A stretch of DNA of 64,000 nt from positions 29,028-93,027 of the forward strand of contig CABVAO010000002.1 of NCBI GenBank assembly GCA_902496335.1, given 5' to 3'. Below the pieces are notes generated by a model that saw nothing but the letters and a program-made list of their open reading frames with translations, did not search any database and had not been told where the DNA came from. This DNA comes from an uncultured Collinsella sp. GTDB lineage: Bacteria; Actinomycetota; Coriobacteriia; Coriobacteriales; Coriobacteriaceae. Both the position numbers and the translations under genes were made by a program. Shown one piece after another: positions 58,572-64,000 of this stretch (position 1 is the stretch's first letter; each line of letters starts with the position of its first letter).

Positions 58572-58607
58572 AAAAAAAACCGGTTGGAACGGGAATTCCA
58601 ACCGGTT
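58572..58607 (-). terminator. Intrinsic terminator for the gtrA genes
   Basis: AACCGGTTGGAA / TTCCAACCGGTT stem preceded by an A8 run. Confidence 0.75.
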
Positions 58608-58633
58608 ATACATTCAAGCAAATAGTGAATCGA

Positions 58634-59041
58634 CTACGACCGTGCGCCCTCGAGGAAGAAGCGGCGGCTGAAGTAGTTGTACCAGGTGACGAGGAACGTG
58701 GCGATGGCCTTCATGGCCTGGTAGCCGATGCTCAAAAACGTGACGCCCACAAACATGTACAGGTCGTTGAGGCCCAGGCCGATCACCGACAGGATGGTGA
58801 AGATCGTGAACTCGCGCTTGCGGCTCATGCCTTCGCGGTGGTCGAACACGTACTTCATGCTGAGCCAGTAGTTGACCACGACGGACGTGATAAACGAAAC
58901 CGTGGTGCTCATCAAAAAGTCGAGGTGGAACAGCTCGACGAGCGCAATGAGCATGCCCCAGTCGATGCCAAAGGAGATAAGACCCACGACAGCAAACTTG
59001 AGGAACTGCTTGGTATGAGGTTGTGCCAGCGCCTTGCGCAC
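58634..59041 (-). CDS. GtrA family protein
   Basis: QFLKFAVVG...ID, NYWLSMKYVF and YNYFSRRFF. Start uncertain. Confidence 0.88.
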   Translation of the reverse strand: MRKALAQPHTKQFLKFAVVGLISFGIDWGMLIALVELFHLDFLMSTTVSFITSVVVNYWLSMKYVFDHREGMSRKREFTIFTILSVIGLGLNDLYMFVGVTFLSIGYQAMKAIATFLVTWYNYFSRRFFLEGARS

Positions 59042-59260
59042 GTAATCACATCCAATGCGTTGATGAATCGAGCAGAGGATACTTTAGAGCTTTTACAAGG
59101 GAAACGTAAGGTCTTTGCCAAGAACTATATGAACTCGCCAAATTTTCAAGAGCTAATCCGCAAACGTTGAAAATTTGCCCGTAAACGAGCGACACCCACG
59201 GACGATACTGCGCTGAGTGCGCGTCGTCCGTGGGCGCCGTAATGCTGCAGGGGTTTCGAG

Positions 59261-59656
59261 CTATTTTGTCTCGTCGCCCTCCAGGAAGATCTTTCTGGTC
59301 ACAAAGTTGTAGACCATGACAAGCGCGGTGGCGCAGATCTTGGCGATATTGGCCTCGAGTCCCAGGCCGGCGTTGAACGCCAGCACGATGCCGTCGTTGA
59401 GCACCAAACCGATCACGGACAGCACGACGAAGATGATGAACTCGCGGCGGCGGCTCATGCCTTCCTTGTGCGCAAACACGTACTTCATGCTTGCGAGGTA
59501 GTTAAAGATGAGTGAGATGATAAAGCCGCTGGTGTTGGCGATTAGGATGTTGAGGCCCAGACCGTAGTGGAGCAGATTCATAATGCCAAAGTCGATAACC
59601 GTGGCAATGACACCGACGACGCCAAATTTCATGATCTGCGCAAGGAGCTTTTGCAT
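59261..59656 (-). CDS. GtrA family protein
   Basis: QIMKFGVVG..ATVIDFG, FNYLASMKYVF and YNFVTRKIF. Confidence 0.9.
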   Translation of the reverse strand: MQKLLAQIMKFGVVGVIATVIDFGIMNLLHYGLGLNILIANTSGFIISLIFNYLASMKYVFAHKEGMSRRREFIIFVVLSVIGLVLNDGIVLAFNAGLGLEANIAKICATALVMVYNFVTRKIFLEGDETK

Positions 59657-59734
59657 GGTACCTGCCTTAAGCTGGCGCCGAAGCGCCGCGGGGATGACAA
59701 ACTCAGCAAGTTTAGCCAATCCCCGCGGGTGGTG

Positions 59735-61651
59735 CTAGGCGCGCTCCTCGATAGCACCGTTTCTATATGCATCGAGCAGCTGGCGCAGGTCCTGGATCTG
59801 GCTGCGGATCTTGGCGCCAGTATCGGTGTCGCTCACCATGCGGCGACGGTCTGCTTGGTCAAAACGGTTGGTCTCGCTTTCGATGTCCACGTTGCGCGTG
59901 AGTGCCTCGGCAACCGTCGTAAAGGCCCGGTGCGACTTGAGGCGGCAGCCGCGCGAGCTCGAGATGAGCGTATAGCCGGCGATACCCGTCTTGGGATGGT
60001 AAGCGCGGCAAAAGCCGCCATCGATGACCAGCAGCTTGCCCTCGGCGCGGATGGGCTGTTCGCCCTTGGTGGTTTTAACGGGCGTGTGGCCGTTGATGAT
60101 GTGGCCGGTCGGCGAGCATGCCATGGGCGCGACGCCAAACTCGCGCATGATGTCATCGCAGACCGAGGGCGACTTGGTAAGCGTAAAGTACGGGTCCATC
60201 GGCTCGACCCAGGTGCTCTTATCGGCGATATAGGCGCGCTCAAAGGTGCGCACCAGGCGTCCGCTGGCGGGTGAGTTAAAGCCGATCCACAGGTACCACA
60301 TCCAGTCGAGGGCGTCGCGGTCGCCCACGCGCCAGGCGCGGCGGGCGATGCGGTCGCAAAAATCGAGATAATCGCGGCCGGCGTGCCAGGCACCCAGGCA
60401 GTTCATGCTGCTAAAGGTGCCGTCTTCGTTGAGCGGCACGCAGCCATGGAACAGCAGATTGCCGTTGGTGACCTTGTACATCGAGCCGTGGGTGTAGAGG
60501 AAATCGATATGGCGATGCAGGTGATCGGCGGTGACAAACTCGGACACGAGCTTGTCGATGATGTGTTGCTCCTGGGGCGTGAGCGTGTAGGGGTCCGTCG
60601 GGTCGACGGTGGGGAAGTCGTTGGTCGTGAGCGGCCACACGCTGCCGTCGGCGAGCGTGACCGTGCCGGTGTCGTGGTCGATCTTGTCGAGCAGCAGGCG
60701 GTTGGTCATGTCGAATTCGGGGTGGCGCTGGATAATCTGGCCCTCGAGCTTAAAGAGCAGGACGTTGATGGCTTTAATCAGCGGGCTGATGGGCTCACCG
60801 GCGGTATAGGTGGCATCGGCAAAGGCGACAAGCTCGCGCAGCGAGATGCCGTAGTCGTTCTCAAGGATCTCGTAATTGTCGTAGCGCAGGTTGTTGCGCA
60901 GCACCGTGGCGATGCAGGCGGGCTCACCGGCGGCGGCGCCCATCCACAGCAGATCGTGGTTGCCCCACTGAATGTCGAGCGAATGATAGGTGAGCAGGCG
61001 GTCCATAATCTTGGCAGCGCCGCCGCCACGGTCGAAGATATCGCCCACCAGGTGCAGGTGGTCGACGGCGAGGCGCTTGATGAGCGAGGCGAGCGACTCG
61101 ATAAAGTCGTCGGCGCTTGCGGTCTCTAGGATGGACTCCACGATGCGCTCGTGATAACGCACACGATAGTTGTTCTCGTCCGGATGCGTGTGCAGCAGCT
61201 CGTCGATGATGTAGGCGTAATCGCGCGGGATGGCCTTACGCACTTTGGAGCGCGTATAGCGGCTCGAAAGCGAGCGGGCAACCATGATGAGCTGGTCGAG
61301 CATTGTCTTGTACCAGGTGGGGGAGTCCTCGCGCCGGCTGCGGACCAGCTCGATCTTCTCGCGCGGGTAGTAGATGAGCGTGCACAGCTCGCCCTTTTCG
61401 TCAAAGGAGAGCGTGTCGCCAAAGATCTCGTCGACATGTTCGCGCACGACACCCGAGCAGTTGTTGAGGATGTGCATAAAGGCTTCGTACTCGCCGTGCA
61501 CGTCGCTCATAAAATGCTCGGTGCCTTTGGGCAGGTTGAGAATGGCCGAGAGATTGATGATCTCGGTAAACGCGGATTGCTCGGTAGGAAATTGTCTCGA
61601 CAGCAGGCGCAGATACTTAAAGTCTTGCGGGTTGCGATCGAATGTGACCAT
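59735..61651 (-). CDS. fbp: Fructose-1,6-bisphosphatase class III
   Basis: EIINL.AILNLPKGTEHFMSDVHGEY, GDIFDRG, WGNHD, NGHTPV and IDGGF..AYH.KTGIAGYTL; GGAAGGTG RBS. Confidence 0.95.
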   Translation of the reverse strand: MVTFDRNPQDFKYLRLLSRQFPTEQSAFTEIINLSAILNLPKGTEHFMSDVHGEYEAFMHILNNCSGVVREHVDEIFGDTLSFDEKGELCTLIYYPREKIELVRSRREDSPTWYKTMLDQLIMVARSLSSRYTRSKVRKAIPRDYAYIIDELLHTHPDENNYRVRYHERIVESILETASADDFIESLASLIKRLAVDHLHLVGDIFDRGGGAAKIMDRLLTYHSLDIQWGNHDLLWMGAAAGEPACIATVLRNNLRYDNYEILENDYGISLRELVAFADATYTAGEPISPLIKAINVLLFKLEGQIIQRHPEFDMTNRLLLDKIDHDTGTVTLADGSVWPLTTNDFPTVDPTDPYTLTPQEQHIIDKLVSEFVTADHLHRHIDFLYTHGSMYKVTNGNLLFHGCVPLNEDGTFSSMNCLGAWHAGRDYLDFCDRIARRAWRVGDRDALDWMWYLWIGFNSPASGRLVRTFERAYIADKSTWVEPMDPYFTLTKSPSVCDDIMREFGVAPMACSPTGHIINGHTPVKTTKGEQPIRAEGKLLVIDGGFCRAYHPKTGIAGYTLISSSRGCRLKSHRAFTTVAEALTRNVDIESETNRFDQADRRRMVSDTDTGAKIRSQIQDLRQLLDAYRNGAIEERA

Positions 61652-61971
61652 GAAACACCTTCCGATGGGGCTGGTAAAACTGATAAACAGCGTCAAACGT
61701 TTATCAGTATGCGCCGCTTTTGTTTCGATTTTGCGCCAGCGGCTGAATTGTCGGCTGAATGGTTTGGTAAATCGATTTAGTGAAGGTAGATGTGTTGGTT
61801 GGGTGGAGACGACAGAGGGTGTTTTCTCAGATATTTATGCGTGGGGCCGGTGGAGACGATGGTGGTAAAGATGTTCACTATTTTTGGTTCGATTTGGTAA
61901 ATAGTGGACATATGTACCGCATGTAGGCTCACTGTGCGATAATTTGCGCAACAATGAGTAAGGAGCCTCAT

Positions 61972-62862
61972 ATGAGTGATTTTGTCCTGACCTGTGAATC
62001 CGCCGCCGACCGAACCCGTGAGTTCTTTGCGTCGCGCAATATCCCTGTCGTGTGTTTTCATTACGAGATCGACGATGTTGTCTATACGGACGATCTGTAT
62101 CAGTCGATTACGCCGGACAAGTTTTTTGCCCAGATTGCCGCGGGCGCCATGCCCAAGACGTCTCAGGTGAGCGTGGGTGAGTACGAGGAGTTTTGGGAGC
62201 CGTTTGTTACCGAGGGTAAAGACGTGCTGCACCTGACGTTGTCGTCGGGTATTTCGGGTACGTATGGTTCGGCTTGCGTTGCGGCACAGATGCTCGCGGA
62301 TCGCTATCCCCAGGGCGGCAAGGTGCGTGTCATCGATTCACTGGGGGCGTCTTCGGGCTTTGGCCTATTGCTGGAATATGCCGCCGACGTTCGCGATAGC
62401 GGCGCTTCGCTCGATGAGACGGCCGCTTGGATTGAGGAGCATAAACTCAACCTGCACCACTGGTTCTTCTCGACCGATCTGTCGAGCTACCTGCGTGGCG
62501 GTCGCATTTCGGCCGCGAGCGCGATCATCGGCACGGCGCTTAAGATTTGCCCACTTATGACGGTAGATTGCGAAGGTGGGCTGTCGCCACGTGAGAAGAT
62601 CCGCACCAAGAAGCGCGCGATTTCCGAGATGGCTAAGACCATGATGGCACACATGCAGGACGGTGCGGATTATTCGGGTAAGTGCGTCTTGTCCCATTCG
62701 GCGTGCCGCGAGGATGCCGAGGCCGTTGCGGCGCTGATTGAGGAACAGGTTCCGCAGCTCAAAGGCAAGATTGAGATCAACAATATCGGTGCTCTGATCG
62801 GTTCGCACACCGGGCCTGGTACGGTGGCGCTCTTCTTTATGGGCGACAAGCGCGTGGATTAA
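61972..62862 (+). CDS. DegV family fatty-acid-binding protein
   Basis: PKTSQ, LSSGISGTY, IDS..AS.G.G, YLRGGRIS and IGSHTGPG; AAGGAG RBS. Confidence 0.94.
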   Translation: MSDFVLTCESAADRTREFFASRNIPVVCFHYEIDDVVYTDDLYQSITPDKFFAQIAAGAMPKTSQVSVGEYEEFWEPFVTEGKDVLHLTLSSGISGTYGSACVAAQMLADRYPQGGKVRVIDSLGASSGFGLLLEYAADVRDSGASLDETAAWIEEHKLNLHHWFFSTDLSSYLRGGRISAASAIIGTALKICPLMTVDCEGGLSPREKIRTKKRAISEMAKTMMAHMQDGADYSGKCVLSHSACREDAEAVAALIEEQVPQLKGKIEINNIGALIGSHTGPGTVALFFMGDKRVD

Positions 62863-62902
62863 TTCGCCCCATCACGTTGCTGCATGATTGCTCAAACGAA
62901 AA

Positions 62903-62932
62903 CGGCCCGTCTCACGTTTGTGGGGCGGGCCT
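62903..62932. terminator. Probable bidirectional terminator between degV and the convergent gene
   Basis: GGCCCGTCTCAC / GTGGGGCGGGCC stem flanked by A- and T-rich bases. Confidence 0.65.
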
Positions 62933-62943
62933 TGCTGTTGCGG

Positions 62944-63999
62944 TTAGCGTTTCTTGCCGCGGAAGAAGAAGCCGTGCAGCGAGGGCTTGAGTCCACGGTT
63001 GGCGCGACGCTCCTCGATATGATCGTGGATCGAAGCGACGCGTTCGATAACCTCGTCGGGAATCGGCACGTCGGGATTCATGTTCTCGACCTGGCTGACC
63101 TCGGCGGCGGCGACCTGGTCGATAATGGGCACATCGTCGCGCGAGATGACAGGTGTGGCGTCTTCCTTCATCTTGCGATAGCGTTGCATCATGTCGGCCT
63201 GTAGCTGCTGGGCCGAAGGCGGCGTCCAGATGATGGCGTTGGCGCCGGCGGCGATGGTTTCGCGGATGCTCTCGGGCGTCTTGCCGCCCGGCGCGATGAG
63301 CGGCAGGTTGGGATAGTGCTCGCGCAGCTCGCGTAGGACCTGCGGTGTGTTTTTGCCGGCCGCGATGTTGAGAATCTTGGCTCCGGCGCGCACCTTGGCA
63401 TGCGCATCGTCGTCGCAACGTACGACCGTGGCGATGACAGGGATGTCGGCGATGTTGGTGATGTGCTCGACCATCCCGGCGGTGGCGGGGGAGTTGACCA
63501 CGCAGCCCGCCGCGCCCTGCATCTCGGAGACGGCTGCCATCTGCACGGAGCGCTTACCGGTCGTAGTTCCGCCGCCCACGCCTACAAAGACCGGGCACTC
63601 GGCGACGGTCAACAGTGCCTGCGTAATGGCCGGCTGCGGCGTGAAGGGGTAAACGGCAAAGACGGCATCGGCGTTGGAGTTGCGGATAACCGCGACATCG
63701 GTGGTGTAAATGAGCGACTTGATGCGGCGGCCGAAGAGCGTAAAGCCGCTGGCCTCCTCGATCTCGTCGGGCATGCGAAGGGCCGCCTTGCGCAAACGTC
63801 CGTCGATGGGCAGTGGCTCCATGGGGAGCAGTCCGTTGGGGGTCACGGCTACCTGGGGCTCGGTGAACTCGTCTGCGAGCTCGACCTCGGAGAAATCGAC
63901 CGAGGCGACGATGTCCTCGTGAACCTCGGCGGGCACATCGATGGGAGCTTGGTCGTTTGCCGCGGCAGGCGTGTCGAAGGAGCTGGTGCCGACGAAGGC
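62944..63999 (-). CDS. Uncharacterised TIM-barrel protein (often annotated 'hydrolase'), 5'-partial
   Basis: IKSLIYTTDVAVIRN.NADAVFAVYPFTPQP, VGVGGGTT.G and GANAI. The frame stays open to the window end. Confidence 0.7.
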   Translation of the reverse strand, partial: AFVGTSSFDTPAAANDQAPIDVPAEVHEDIVASVDFSEVELADEFTEPQVAVTPNGLLPMEPLPIDGRLRKAALRMPDEIEEASGFTLFGRRIKSLIYTTDVAVIRNSNADAVFAVYPFTPQPAITQALLTVAECPVFVGVGGGTTTGKRSVQMAAVSEMQGAAGCVVNSPATAGMVEHITNIADIPVIATVVRCDDDAHAKVRAGAKILNIAAGKNTPQVLRELREHYPNLPLIAPGGKTPESIRETIAAGANAIIWTPPSAQQLQADMMQRYRKMKEDATPVISRDDVPIIDQVAAAEVSQVENMNPDVPIPDEVIERVASIHDHIEERRANRGLKPSLHGFFFRGKKR

Positions 64000-64000
64000 G

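Overview
GC-rich bacterial chromosome segment. Gene content and style suggest a gut Coriobacteriia member, probably Collinsella-like (inference, not a database match). Most of the window is housekeeping or metabolic: the 3' part of an [FeFe]-hydrogenase followed by an SsuA/TauA-type ABC importer, a YgiQ radical SAM protein, fucO, an M42 peptidase, mnmA, cysK/Rrf2, addBA-like genes, dnaE, a SWIM-SNF2 helicase, superoxide reductase, ruvCAB with a LexA box, fhs, fchA-folD, a C69 dipeptidase, an ABC1 kinase, two gtrA paralogs, class III fbp and degV. The most notable items are: (1) a cobalamin riboswitch heading a two-gene operon, comprising a ~1285-aa surface protein (four tandem transcobalamin-like DUF4430 domains, a beta-propeller and an InlB B-repeat) and a stalked single-DUF4430 membrane protein, with no transporter in the operon; (2) an intact NadE-like gene in which the canonical catalytic motifs of both domains are substituted; (3) a Tat-signal, lectin-domain, sortase-type PI-phospholipase C gene split by a single-base frameshift; (4) an IS3-family element inserted in the loop of a terminator hairpin; (5) a dispersed family of GGGACGG-core palindromic repeats, several of which bracket dnaE; (6) a candidate standalone small RNA. 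No tRNA, rRNA, CRISPR array or prophage was recognised.
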